64,000 bases of DNA from a virus. Below are positions 44,040 to 52,726 of the stretch, piece after piece. Position numbers and translations under genes: made by a program. A model generated the notes under the pieces. It was not told where the DNA came from and did no database searches. It was given only the letters and a program-made list of their open reading frames with translations. Location of the stretch: IMG/VR virus record IMGVR_UViG_3300031673_000027; one strand, written 5' to 3'. Every line of letters starts with the position of its first letter. Positions within the stretch are counted from its first letter, which is position 1.

Positions 44040-44454
44040 ACCGGAGAAGATTGCGAAAGAGATATTTCTGGCCTATGAGATCAGTCGCTCGCTCAGCCAC
44101 CGAGGGGTGAAGTGGTTCTGCCGGGCGCCAAGCTGGGAAAAAATCGATCGGGAGGCGATAGAGACTGAGGCCGGCCGGGTCAGGGACCGCTACGACGTAG
44201 GCTACGGCGATGGGCATATCATCATCCGACACTGGAATGAGCCAGCCGTGCGGGAGCGGTATATAGGCACTCGGCAGGAGTCGATGAGATTGCGGGATCT
44301 GGCGTTCGATGAGATTTTGGAGGGACCGGACAATAAGACCCGGAAGTTCCTTGACTTGTATCTCTCACGCAAGACAACAATGACACCTAAGTCGCACACA
44401 AACCAAGAGCCTGTACATATTGGGCAAGCAGCATCAGAGAGCTTGCCGTTTTAA
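44032..44454 (+). CDS. hypothetical protein
   Basis: 140-aa ORF overlapping the upstream stop by 8 nt. Confidence 0.5.
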   Translation: MPKPEKIAKEIFLAYEISRSLSHRGVKWFCRAPSWEKIDREAIETEAGRVRDRYDVGYGDGHIIIRHWNEPAVRERYIGTRQESMRLRDLAFDEILEGPDNKTRKFLDLYLSRKTTMTPKSHTNQEPVHIGQAASESLPF

Positions 44455-44489
44455 GATTTTCAAGAAGCTAATAAAAAAGGGAACCAAAT

Positions 44490-45419
44490 ATGAACCAGGA
44501 ACTGATAGACAAAGCGATTAATCTTAATGAGGCTAAGGCCGTTGTTCGTATGGGCAAAAAAGCATACGAGGCCCTTAGAGCGGTAGAACAAACTCCAACA
44601 GGGGCCGAGCAATTACTGTTTGAGGCATGTCATTTTTTAGAAAAGGCCCTTTCCCTGCTCGAATCCGCGAAGGCCGAGCCGGAGCCGAGCAACTTTCGTG
44701 CGGAGTGTGCGGAAATTCGAGAGATTTACCTAAACGAGCCAGCCAAAACACTGGAAGCGGGGCATTGGCTTGTTAGAAGATTGGCAGGGCAATTAGCTAA
44801 AGGTTGTGACGAGATCGACCGCCTGACCGCCGAACTTGCCAAGGCACAAGAACCTGCGTCAGCATCGCAACGGCTTTACAAAAAAATGGCGACTGAATTA
44901 GCGAAGGAGAACAAGGCCCAGGCCGAGCGGATAGCCGCATTGGAAGAGGCTGTCGTCTCCGGTTGTTGCTCCCATAGCGTACAAACAAAGGTGGACGAAG
45001 ATGGCTGCTGCATAAGTTGCGGCGAGAACTTGAATTGTTGGTTTGAGCTGGTCGCTCGCAATGACCAATTAGAGGCCGCGAACAAGATTCTCAAAGCTGA
45101 AGCAGAAGGGGCGGGTTCGCTTTTACTGGATGTGCAACAAGAATGTATTCGCCTGACCGCCGTGAACAAGCGATTGCGCGATCAAACGGATTGCGAAACC
45201 GAGAGCGGCGGGATTCGTTGTATCGAGCAAGAGGATAAGATTCTGGCCCAGGCCGAGCGGATAGCGGAGTTGGAGCGGGAACTGCTCGAACGCGGTAGTC
45301 ACGCAATTGGTTGTCAAGTCGAATGGCTTACGGAAGATGAACACCCAGAGTGTAACTGCGGTTGGGACGCCCGCAAGAAGGAACTTGAGCAGGCCCTGGG
45401 AGGGCAGACGACATCATGA
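44490..45419 (+). CDS. coiled-coil protein with Cys clusters
   Basis: 309 aa with repeated AQAERIAALEE / AQAERIAELER segments. Confidence 0.55.
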   Translation: MNQELIDKAINLNEAKAVVRMGKKAYEALRAVEQTPTGAEQLLFEACHFLEKALSLLESAKAEPEPSNFRAECAEIREIYLNEPAKTLEAGHWLVRRLAGQLAKGCDEIDRLTAELAKAQEPASASQRLYKKMATELAKENKAQAERIAALEEAVVSGCCSHSVQTKVDEDGCCISCGENLNCWFELVARNDQLEAANKILKAEAEGAGSLLLDVQQECIRLTAVNKRLRDQTDCETESGGIRCIEQEDKILAQAERIAELERELLERGSHAIGCQVEWLTEDEHPECNCGWDARKKELEQALGGQTTS

Positions 45420-45616
45420 GGCTCTGTTATTGGGATTCGATTTACGGCATTCACCCACCAGAACTGGCGTATCGGCCCGACGATGAGGTCGGCACTATCG
45501 ACTCTGATGGTAACTGGATTTGCGACAGGTGCAAGGCTAAGTACGAGAAGGCCAAAGCGCAAGCCTTAGCAGACAGTAGGGCGGCGCGGGCCAGGACCAG
45601 AAAGGGGCAAACGTGA
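45416..45616 (+). CDS. hypothetical protein
   Basis: ATGA-coupled. 66 aa. Confidence 0.45.
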   Translation: MRLCYWDSIYGIHPPELAYRPDDEVGTIDSDGNWICDRCKAKYEKAKAQALADSRAARARTRKGQT

Positions 45617-46197
45617 GACTTGAATTTTTCATCCCCGGAATGGCTCGCTCTGCCGGCAGTAAGAGTGCCTTCAAGAACGCCAATACGGGCAAGATCATCG
45701 TGACGCACGCGAATCCGAAAACAAAGGAGTGGATGAACAGTGTCAAGTGGTTTGCGATGAAGGAGACGAACCGGATGGTGCCAGTGACTGAGGCGGTTCG
45801 TCTATCCCTGGCGTTTGTCAAGCCCAGACCGAAGAATCACTACGGGAGCGGCCGCAATGAAGGCGTGCTCAAATCATCGGCGCCACAGCACGCGACGACG
45901 GTGCCCGACCTGACCAAACTGACCCGAGCCGTCGAGGACGCCCTGACGGGGATCGTCTGGCGCGACGATTCCCAAGTGGTGCAGCAAGTCACAGAAAAAC
46001 GTTACTGCCGAGGCGAGGAAAAGCCCGGCGTATATGTCACTATCGAAACGATGGAAGAAAGAAAGGATCTGTACTATGACAAGGACGAAAGAGCAAGACG
46101 CAATCAAAACGACACACGAAACACGAACGCTCAAGTGCCAGTTGACGGACCAGGAAATCCGGGAAGCCTCGGATTGTTTGGCGCGGAGTCTCGATGA
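45613..46197 (+). CDS. rusA: RusA-family Holliday junction resolvase
   Basis: PDLTKLTRAVEDALTGIVWRDDSQVV matches the RusA catalytic region. The last 40 or so codons overlap the next gene. Confidence 0.75.
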   Translation: MRLEFFIPGMARSAGSKSAFKNANTGKIIVTHANPKTKEWMNSVKWFAMKETNRMVPVTEAVRLSLAFVKPRPKNHYGSGRNEGVLKSSAPQHATTVPDLTKLTRAVEDALTGIVWRDDSQVVQQVTEKRYCRGEEKPGVYVTIETMEERKDLYYDKDERARRNQNDTRNTNAQVPVDGPGNPGSLGLFGAESR

Positions 46198-46465
46198 AAT
46201 CGAAATGCTGGAAGACGAGCAGCAGAAAATAAAGTCGGACTTCAAGGCCCAGATCGAAGCAAAAGAAGCGGCGACTCGCGTACAAAAGAACCTGGTGCGT
46301 GACAAGTATGCCTTCCGGTCTGTGCGGTGCAGTCTTACGCAAAACTATTCTACCTTGAAAGTCACAGTGACGCGAGAAGACACCGGGGAAGTAATTAGCG
46401 AACGTCCGATGAGCGAGGAAGAGAAGCAACTGAAAATGCCGTTCGATGGTGAGGAAGAATCGTAA
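46076..46465 (+). CDS. hypothetical coiled-coil protein with an acidic C-terminus
   Basis: ATG at 46076. 129 aa. Ends ...KMPFDGEEES. Confidence 0.5.
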   Translation: MTRTKEQDAIKTTHETRTLKCQLTDQEIREASDCLARSLDEIEMLEDEQQKIKSDFKAQIEAKEAATRVQKNLVRDKYAFRSVRCSLTQNYSTLKVTVTREDTGEVISERPMSEEEKQLKMPFDGEEES

Positions 46466-46538
46466 ACGGGCCGGGCGATAAGAAAGGCGGCGGATAGGAC
46501 AATAGACTTTGGGTGATGGCTTGAAAGAAACAGGCTAT

Positions 46539-46623
46539 GTTACGTTGCGTTTCGTTTCGTTCAGTTATGTTGTGTTTTGTTGAGTTCAGTTGCGTTCGGT
46601 TATGTTGCGTTAAGTTAAGTCTT
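46539..46623 (+). repeat. (GTTNN)17 phased pentanucleotide array 1A
   Basis: G at 46539 and then every 5 nt without a phase slip. 16 GTT units plus a terminal GTC. Confidence 0.95.
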
Positions 46624-46652
46624 TTGAACCGAGGGCGAACGAAACAAAATGG

Positions 46653-46742
46653 GTTGAGGTCCGTTGAGTTTGGTTTTGTTCCGTTAGGTTGAGTTCTGTT
46701 GAGTTGGGTTTTGTTTAGTTGCGTTAAGTTAAGTTCAGTTTT
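46653..46742 (+). repeat. (GTTNN)18 phased pentanucleotide array 1B
   Basis: 17 GTT units plus one GGT, with no phase slip. It ends 23 nt before the ATG at 46766. Confidence 0.95.
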
Positions 46743-46765
46743 TGACAATCGAAAGGAGTACCAAA

Positions 46766-47371
46766 ATGGCTAAAGAAAAAGTAGAAACGATGACGCCGGT
46801 AGTGCTGTGTTGTGACCTTGTCTCCGCAGGGCCGCTGCTGTACGGCAAGCGGATTATGAGCGCCGACATGGAGGGCGAATCCCCGGAAGCAAAGGAAGAA
46901 CGCGCCTGGAGAGAGCGGATGCACGTCGATGACCAGGGCTGTCTGTTCATTCCGAACATTGCCCTCAAAAAAACGCTGGCGAATACCGCGAAGTATTTGA
47001 GCGAGAAGGTTCCGGGCAAGGGGCAGGCGACATACAGCAAACACTTCGCCTCCGGAATCATGGTGATCGAACCCTTGCAGCTCGGTATCAAGGCAAAGGA
47101 CATCCAGGGGACGCCCATGTTGGTGCCAGCCCAGCCGAGCAAGCCCAAAGGGGCACAAGTGACGCGAATCTTTCCCATCATCGCACAGTGGAAAGCGAAA
47201 GCCGAGATTATCGTACTGGACCCCGTCCTCTTGAGTCACATGGATAAGGTCGAACAGTACGTGGTGTTTAGCGGGAAGTTCATCGGCCTGCTCGGCATGC
47301 GCGTGGGCAATGGCGGGCAATTCGGCAGGTACAGCGCCGAGAACTTCCGCGTCAAGACGATGCTGGAGTGA
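46766..47371 (+). CDS. hypothetical protein flanked by GTTNN arrays
   Basis: GAAAGGAG RBS. 201 aa. No family recognised. Confidence 0.65.
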   Translation: MAKEKVETMTPVVLCCDLVSAGPLLYGKRIMSADMEGESPEAKEERAWRERMHVDDQGCLFIPNIALKKTLANTAKYLSEKVPGKGQATYSKHFASGIMVIEPLQLGIKAKDIQGTPMLVPAQPSKPKGAQVTRIFPIIAQWKAKAEIIVLDPVLLSHMDKVEQYVVFSGKFIGLLGMRVGNGGQFGRYSAENFRVKTMLE

Positions 47372-47388
47372 TAGAGTGACATGCGTAA

Positions 47389-47463
47389 GTTGTGTTTGGT
47401 TGAGTTCGGTTACGTTCTGTTTAGTTGGGTTCTGTTACGTTAGGTTGCGTTGAGTTTCGTCTT
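47389..47463 (+). repeat. (GTTNN)15 phased pentanucleotide array 2A
   Basis: 14 GTT units plus a terminal GTC, with no phase slip. Confidence 0.95.
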
Positions 47464-47487
47464 TCGAGGGCGAACGAAACAAAATGC

Positions 47488-47572
47488 GTTGGGTTTCGTT
47501 TCGTTTTGTTCAGTTATGTTGAGTTCTGTTGAGTTCAGTTGCGTTCGGTTACGTTGCGTTAAGTTAAGTCTT
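47488..47572 (+). repeat. (GTTNN)17 phased pentanucleotide array 2B (homologous to 1A)
   Basis: 16 GTT units plus a terminal GTC. The spacer dinucleotides largely match array 1A. It ends 20 nt before the ATG at 47593. Confidence 0.95.
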
Positions 47573-47592
47573 TTTTTGAAAGGAGCCTTATC

Positions 47593-48129
47593 ATGGCAGA
47601 GAAACAAAAAACAGAGGCGAAGCGGCGGGGGCCGTTTGAGCTATCGAGTGACGCGAGGATTCTCTACAACGTCCTGGAGACAGCGCTCATCAAAGAAGGC
47701 AATGAGCTGGCCAGCTACCAGCAGCTTTCGGCGGCCATTGGCCGGGACGTTCAAAAGGACGCCAGGGGACTGTTAGCAACGGCTCGCCGTCTCGTCCAGA
47801 ACGAGCACAAAATTCTCTTAGAGGCGGTGCAGAATACGGGCATCAAACGCAGCGACGATTATGAGGGCGCTGCCGATAAGACGCGCGAGCACGTGCGTCG
47901 AACCATCAAACGCAGGGCCAAAGAGATCGGGCAAGCCATAAACGGCAAAGACGTCACACCCATACTGGCGGCCAAGCTCAGTATCATGAACGTGATAATG
48001 CTCTTCAGCCAGACGAAGGCGCCGCAGCGCCTTATCGAGACGATTCAGCAGCGCAAACTTAAGGAGCTATCGACGGCCGATACCTTGCGATTGTTCCAGC
48101 CTGAATCAAAAGCAAATCAAGACAAATAG
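47593..48129 (+). CDS. hypothetical protein, possibly winged-helix DNA-binding
   Basis: GAAAGGAG RBS. The segment ASYQQLSAAIGRDVQKDARGLLATARRLV looks like helix-turn-helix, but the assignment is weak. Confidence 0.55.
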   Translation: MAEKQKTEAKRRGPFELSSDARILYNVLETALIKEGNELASYQQLSAAIGRDVQKDARGLLATARRLVQNEHKILLEAVQNTGIKRSDDYEGAADKTREHVRRTIKRRAKEIGQAINGKDVTPILAAKLSIMNVIMLFSQTKAPQRLIETIQQRKLKELSTADTLRLFQPESKANQDK

Positions 48130-48181
48130 CCGAAGAATGAGCAAACAGACACAAACGTTTATCAGAAAGGAGCACAGATTT

Positions 48182-48727
48182 ATGGACACAACACTAACCC
48201 AAAACATTGAAGGCGTGACAATCACCTACGCGATGATGGTTCTGACGATAGGCGTAGCCCTGTTCGTGGAGCTGGCTAAGGTGATTCTCACTGGCTTCGC
48301 CTGGTTCACCGACGATCTGAGAAAGCCGCTGCTGCCGCTGCTCAGTATCGCCGTGACGATGGCCGTGTTTCGCGCTACGGGCCAGTCGAGTTGGCTCTTA
48401 GGCGGCGTCATTCTCGGCTGGTCGGCCTCGGGCGGCTATAGTTGGGTGGCCGGCATATTGGAGACAGTCGGCCTGAAGAGCAGACCCTTCCTGCCGATCA
48501 TCCTGGTCCTTTGCGGGCTGTTCGTCGCCGGCTGTGCCGACAAGATTCTCAGTCCTGCCGAGCAGCTTGAGTTCCAAATGTTCAACGTGCGCGTGCAGGA
48601 CTGGAACGAGCAGTGCATCGCGGACCCCAACCAGTGCGCTCAGGGACTGGCGAATATGGCGGCCGAAATGCAAACGTGGATGGGCGTCATCGTCGCTGAG
48701 CCCAATAGCCTGGGGGTGACGCCATGA
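48182..48727 (+). CDS. multi-pass membrane protein with an internal lipobox-like motif
   Basis: AAAGGAG RBS before the ATG at 48182. 3-4 hydrophobic helices, then LFVAGCADK. Confidence 0.5.
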   Translation: MDTTLTQNIEGVTITYAMMVLTIGVALFVELAKVILTGFAWFTDDLRKPLLPLLSIAVTMAVFRATGQSSWLLGGVILGWSASGGYSWVAGILETVGLKSRPFLPIILVLCGLFVAGCADKILSPAEQLEFQMFNVRVQDWNEQCIADPNQCAQGLANMAAEMQTWMGVIVAEPNSLGVTP

Positions 48728-49062
48728 CCCGGGCTTATTACTGGCTAAAAATAGTTTGGCTAAGTTTCAAGTGGATGTTCAGAATTAACCTCGGTGACAA
48801 AGTTACATTGAAGACTGATACCTGGCCGCACACTTACTATGTTGCCAATGGTGTGTGTCCGGGTTCATGGAAGATTCGTTCTTGCGATTCTGAAGGAAGG
48901 ACGATTGAAGCGGCTCCGCGAAAAGACTGCAAGAAGGTCTGGACCGTTCAGAATTGTCTTCACAGTTTCAAGTTTCGTTACGGGTTTTACATGGGTTACT
49001 GGTTTGATATCTGGTGCAGGAACGGGATCGAACCGTGGATGAAAAAATGTAACATTTGGTAA
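48724..49062 (+). CDS. hypothetical Trp/Cys-rich protein
   Basis: ATGA-coupled. 112 aa. Confidence 0.5.
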   Translation: MTRAYYWLKIVWLSFKWMFRINLGDKVTLKTDTWPHTYYVANGVCPGSWKIRSCDSEGRTIEAAPRKDCKKVWTVQNCLHSFKFRYGFYMGYWFDIWCRNGIEPWMKKCNIW

Positions 49063-49079
49063 CCAAGTAAGGAGAATAC

Positions 49080-49400
49080 ATGACGACGAAACAATTCATT
49101 GCAGACTTACCCTTCGGCCAGCAAGACTTGGCCCGCCTCTATCTGCCGGTGCTGATGCGATGGGTCAACGAGTCGAACTGGGACATCGTGAGAAGCGCCC
49201 TATACGCACAGTCGCAAGTCTCATGGTACCGGGCGGTGCGCAAACGCATGACTACAAGCGAGCGGCTGGCCGACGATAAGCGGGCCCGAGAGTGGCTCAG
49301 GGCCATGAGCAAGAGTAGGGCCGAGCGGGTTCGCGTCGAGCGCAAGGCCGTCCAGGCTGTCATTACGAAGTTGCTCACAGTACTGCTGACGAAGTTGTGA
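49080..49400 (+). CDS. hypothetical protein
   Basis: AAGGAG RBS. 106 aa. Confidence 0.55.
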   Translation: MTTKQFIADLPFGQQDLARLYLPVLMRWVNESNWDIVRSALYAQSQVSWYRAVRKRMTTSERLADDKRAREWLRAMSKSRAERVRVERKAVQAVITKLLTVLLTKL

Positions 49401-49415
49401 GAAGGTCACTTACGC

Positions 49416-49616
49416 ATGGCATCGAGCTTGATCTGGACCGGAGTACGCTTCATTGCGACATGGAGGTTGCGAGTCAATACCTATCGCGCGGATGTGGATA
49501 TCGCCAAAGAGCCGCGGGTACTAGCCGAGCGTATCGCCTACGAGGAACGCCGGCACGACGGACTGCCGAGACAATGGGAACCCATATTTGTTATGGACGG
49601 CGAAGATGACTCATAG
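49416..49616 (+). CDS. hypothetical protein
   Basis: 66-aa ORF. An alternative overlapping frame exists at 49397..49609. Confidence 0.35.
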   Translation: MASSLIWTGVRFIATWRLRVNTYRADVDIAKEPRVLAERIAYEERRHDGLPRQWEPIFVMDGEDDS

Positions 49617-49694
49617 TGTTTCTCTTTTTGAAAGCTCCCGCCTGGTCAAGCCCAGGGCTGGGCTGGAGCGACTTTGTTCGGAGACAGATAAACG

Positions 49695-50048
49695 ATGAAA
49701 ATATCGAAAGCCTATTTCAATCGCTTCAAGAAGGAGTTTCTGCGGTGGCAGCATCTGCTCGGCCTGACGCAATACTCTATTGCCTTCTTCCATGAATATT
49801 TTGATAACGAGTATGCCCACATTGTCATCAGGGAAGATGGCAAAATGGCAGACGTGTTTCTGACTACGAAACTGATTGGCAGGTCACTTCAGGCCGATAC
49901 CGGCCCCGAGTCCCACGCCAAGCATGAGGCCATACACCTCTTGCTGCACCGGTTGCACTGGTTGGGAGCATCGCGTTATATTGAAACGACGGACTTAAAT
50001 GAGGAGTGGGAAGCGATTGTTGTACGTTTGGAAAAGGTGCTAAAATGA
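49695..50048 (+). CDS. hypothetical protein with an HExxH motif (possible metallopeptidase)
   Basis: HEAIH within KHEAIHLLLHRL. Otherwise unassigned. Confidence 0.45.
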   Translation: MKISKAYFNRFKKEFLRWQHLLGLTQYSIAFFHEYFDNEYAHIVIREDGKMADVFLTTKLIGRSLQADTGPESHAKHEAIHLLLHRLHWLGASRYIETTDLNEEWEAIVVRLEKVLK

Positions 50049-50638
50049 AAAACGAAATCAAAATTGCCTGTAAGGGTTCACGCCTCGAGTTGCTGTCAAA
50101 GCTCGAAATCATTCAGGGCGACTTGAAGGACCTGTCCCCTGAGAACTTCGCCAAGCTGCGAAAGCGCATTGAGACCAAAGGCTTCGACGCCCCGTTCTTT
50201 GTCTGGCAGAATAAGATTCTGGATGGCACACAGCGCAAGCGCGTTCTCGACGCCATGCTGGCTGATGGCTGGAGTTTGCCGCGCGGCAAGGTTCCTGTCT
50301 GTGATATCGAGGCCGAGAATCTTGACCAGGCCAAAGACAGGCTACTCGGCTACGTGTCACAGTACGGCAAGGTCACAGACATCGGTTTCGACGCTTTTGT
50401 AGCTTCGATAGAATGGCCGGATTTGAGTACGATTGAAATTCCGGTGGAAGTCACTGAGCGATTGGACGATATGACCACAGAGGGTCGAGAGCTTGATTAT
50501 AAGCAATGGGACCTCAAGCCTTACAAAAAAACCCATGTGCTCTTGAGTTTTCCGCCGGAATTATTTGCACGTATCGAAGAGCATCTTGAGAAAATTATTG
50601 CCATAGAGGGCATCGAGTATGAACAAGGCAGCAACTAA
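50045..50638 (+). CDS. ParB-like nuclease domain protein
   Basis: ATGA-coupled. ILDGTQRKRVL resembles the ParB N-terminal DGxxR motif. Confidence 0.55.
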   Translation: MKNEIKIACKGSRLELLSKLEIIQGDLKDLSPENFAKLRKRIETKGFDAPFFVWQNKILDGTQRKRVLDAMLADGWSLPRGKVPVCDIEAENLDQAKDRLLGYVSQYGKVTDIGFDAFVASIEWPDLSTIEIPVEVTERLDDMTTEGRELDYKQWDLKPYKKTHVLLSFPPELFARIEEHLEKIIAIEGIEYEQGSN

Positions 50639-51185
50639 AACCGACAACAGCTATTTAGAAATGAAGGTCCGGCTCCGCATGGATAATCTGCCGGAGGGCT
50701 CTGAGCTTGATGTTCTGGATTGCTTCTCTGGTGACGGTTTGATATGGCGCGAAGTTCAGAGGCAGGCAAGAGACAAACGTCTGCACGTACTCTCGTTAGA
50801 CCGCAAGCCGAGTTTAGGCAAACTGCATTTGGTCGGTGACAACAGAAAGTTTCTGTCCAGCATGGACCTCCGCAAGTTTGATGTGATTGACTTGGATGCC
50901 TACGGAACCGACTTGGGTGCAATGAAGCTGGTTCTGCTCAAACCACGAAGGCCCGGCGCTGTTGTGTTTGGCACTTTTATTCAATCCGTTATGGGTTGCT
51001 TGACCTACGCGATGCTGACCGAATTGGGTTACACGCGGACTATGGTTCAGAAGATACCTACGCTCTTCTATCGCAACGGGCGGGCCAAATTGCTGGCTTG
51101 GCTGGCCGATAATCGCATAAAACAGGTCAAAATGTACTCTACCGCGGATGGGCGAAAGAACTATTTCAGTTTTGTGTTGCCGTAA
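50619..51185 (+). CDS. SAM-dependent methyltransferase (Trm1-like fold)
   Basis: VLDCFSGDG (motif I-like) and FDVIDLDAYGT (resembles the DxDPFG motif). Confidence 0.5.
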   Translation: MNKAATKTDNSYLEMKVRLRMDNLPEGSELDVLDCFSGDGLIWREVQRQARDKRLHVLSLDRKPSLGKLHLVGDNRKFLSSMDLRKFDVIDLDAYGTDLGAMKLVLLKPRRPGAVVFGTFIQSVMGCLTYAMLTELGYTRTMVQKIPTLFYRNGRAKLLAWLADNRIKQVKMYSTADGRKNYFSFVLP

Positions 51186-51237
51186 AGATTGTTCCTATGC
51201 AGGTTTATAAAAAAAGCATAAAAGCAGCAGTTTTTCC

Positions 51238-51266
51238 TCGACAAAAGTACTCTAAGTCGTTATGAT
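51238..51266 (+). promoter_or_regulatory. putative promoter (TCGACA-17 nt-TATGAT)
   Basis: Same -10 hexamer and spacer length as the promoter at 27111. Lies in an AT-rich gap before 51315. Confidence 0.45.
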
Positions 51267-51314
51267 ATAGGTAGTTATGAACGATTTACTAGCTACTTTT
51301 GGAAGGAAAGAAAC

Positions 51315-51956
51315 ATGAACGCATTGTACGAGACCTATCGACCGAAACGCTGGGCAGATGTCAAGGGACAGATGGCCGTGGTCAATCAGATCAGGCAACT
51401 CAAGAAAAAAGGGATCGGCGGGCGGGCCTTCTGGATATGCGGCCATTCAGGGACAGGCAAAACAACGATTGGCCGGTTATTGGCGGCAGAGATCGCCGAC
51501 GACTGGTTCGTTGAGGAGTACGATAGCGGCGAGGCATTTACTCTTGAGGTCTTTGAGAATATCGAGCGCAACATGCACTTGTATGGCGGTGGCAAGGGCG
51601 GGCGCGCTTATATCATCAACGAGGCCCACGGCCTTCGAGTATGGATGATTCGCCGTTTGCTCGGGCTGCTCGAACGTCTTCCGAATCATGTCGTTTTTGT
51701 TTTCACCACGACGAAGGCCGGTCAAACTGGTTTGTTTGAGCAACAACTCGATGCAGGGCCGCTGTTGAGTCGGTGCGTTTATTTGTCGCTGGCCAATAAC
51801 TCACATGTGACGCGGGCCTTTGCCCGGCGAGCAAGAGAGATTGCCAAGGCAGAAGGGCTGGATGGCCAGTCGATGCAGGCATATCTTCATCTTGCGGCTG
51901 AATGCAAAAACAATATGCGTCAGATGTTGCAGAAAATCGAAGTTGGGAATATCTGA
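51315..51956 (+). CDS. AAA+ ATPase, clamp-loader (DnaX/RFC)-like
   Basis: YRPKRWADVKGQ...ICGHSGTGKTTIGRLLA and Walker B-like YIINEAH. Confidence 0.65.
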   Translation: MNALYETYRPKRWADVKGQMAVVNQIRQLKKKGIGGRAFWICGHSGTGKTTIGRLLAAEIADDWFVEEYDSGEAFTLEVFENIERNMHLYGGGKGGRAYIINEAHGLRVWMIRRLLGLLERLPNHVVFVFTTTKAGQTGLFEQQLDAGPLLSRCVYLSLANNSHVTRAFARRAREIAKAEGLDGQSMQAYLHLAAECKNNMRQMLQKIEVGNI

Positions 51957-51970
51957 AAGGAGTTGATTCT

Positions 51971-52726
51971 ATGTCGGTGATCTACGAACCAAAAGGCCGG
52001 GCCCTGGAGTATTCCTGGCTGGCCTGTAATCTCTTCAGCGGGTGCGTTCACGGGTGTGCTTACTGCTACGTCCCGAATGCACTCCACAAGACTACAAAGG
52101 AATTTCACGCTAACGCTACGCCCCGGCGTGCAATTTTGGAAGAGCTACGAAAAGACTGCATCAAATTTGCGGGGACGAAGAAACGGCTACTTCTCTGCTT
52201 TACCTGTGACCCATATCCACCGCGAGACATGGAAATGGGTATCACGCGGGAGGCCCTACTGATTCTGCGAGAGCATAAAATTCCCTTCCAGATCCTGACG
52301 AAAGCTGGCACGCGGGCCTTGCGAGACTTTGACCTCTACGGACCCAATGACGCTTTCGCTACGACGTTGACCTATCTTCAGGACGACGGCAAGTCTCTTG
52401 AGATTGAACCCGGCGCCGCCTTGCCTTCGGACAGAATCCGGGCGATACGAGCGGCGAAGAAACAGGGGCTTACGACATGGGTTTCTCTCGAACCAGTGCT
52501 GGACCCCGATGAATCTCTGATGTGCATCGAAGAGACTCACAAGATAGTGGACCTCTACAAAATCGGCAAGCTCAATCATCGAAGCAGTGATACCGATTGG
52601 CGGCAATTTGGAACGGATGCCATCAGGCTTTGCGAAAGCTACGGTGTCCCCTACTATGTGAAGACCGATTTGGCCGAATACCTCAAGGGCGTCAAATTCA
52701 AGAACACGGAGAGCCGATCAATATGA
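51971..52726 (+). CDS. radical SAM protein
   Basis: CxxxCxxC cluster (SGCVHGCAYCY) near the N-terminus. GGAG RBS. Confidence 0.7.
   Translation: MSVIYEPKGRALEYSWLACNLFSGCVHGCAYCYVPNALHKTTKEFHANATPRRAILEELRKDCIKFAGTKKRLLLCFTCDPYPPRDMEMGITREALLILREHKIPFQILTKAGTRALRDFDLYGPNDAFATTLTYLQDDGKSLEIEPGAALPSDRIRAIRAAKKQGLTTWVSLEPVLDPDESLMCIEETHKIVDLYKIGKLNHRSSDTDWRQFGTDAIRLCESYGVPYYVKTDLAEYLKGVKFKNTESRSI

Noticed and set aside
46395-46748. 117-aa minus-strand ORF with striking N-x-T pentapeptide periodicity (NLTQLNKTQLNRTQPNGTKPNST...).
   Set aside because: The periodicity is the arithmetic consequence of translating (AACNN)n: 15 nt equals 5 codons. The second module (47389-47572) is not open in that frame, so no coding frame is conserved. 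The + strand ORF 47450..47776 is rejected for the same reason.
46539-47572. Possibility that the repeat arrays are a CRISPR array.
   Set aside because: The unit is 5 nt with only 2 variable bases. There are no 25-40 bp repeats separated by unique spacers, and no cas genes in the window.
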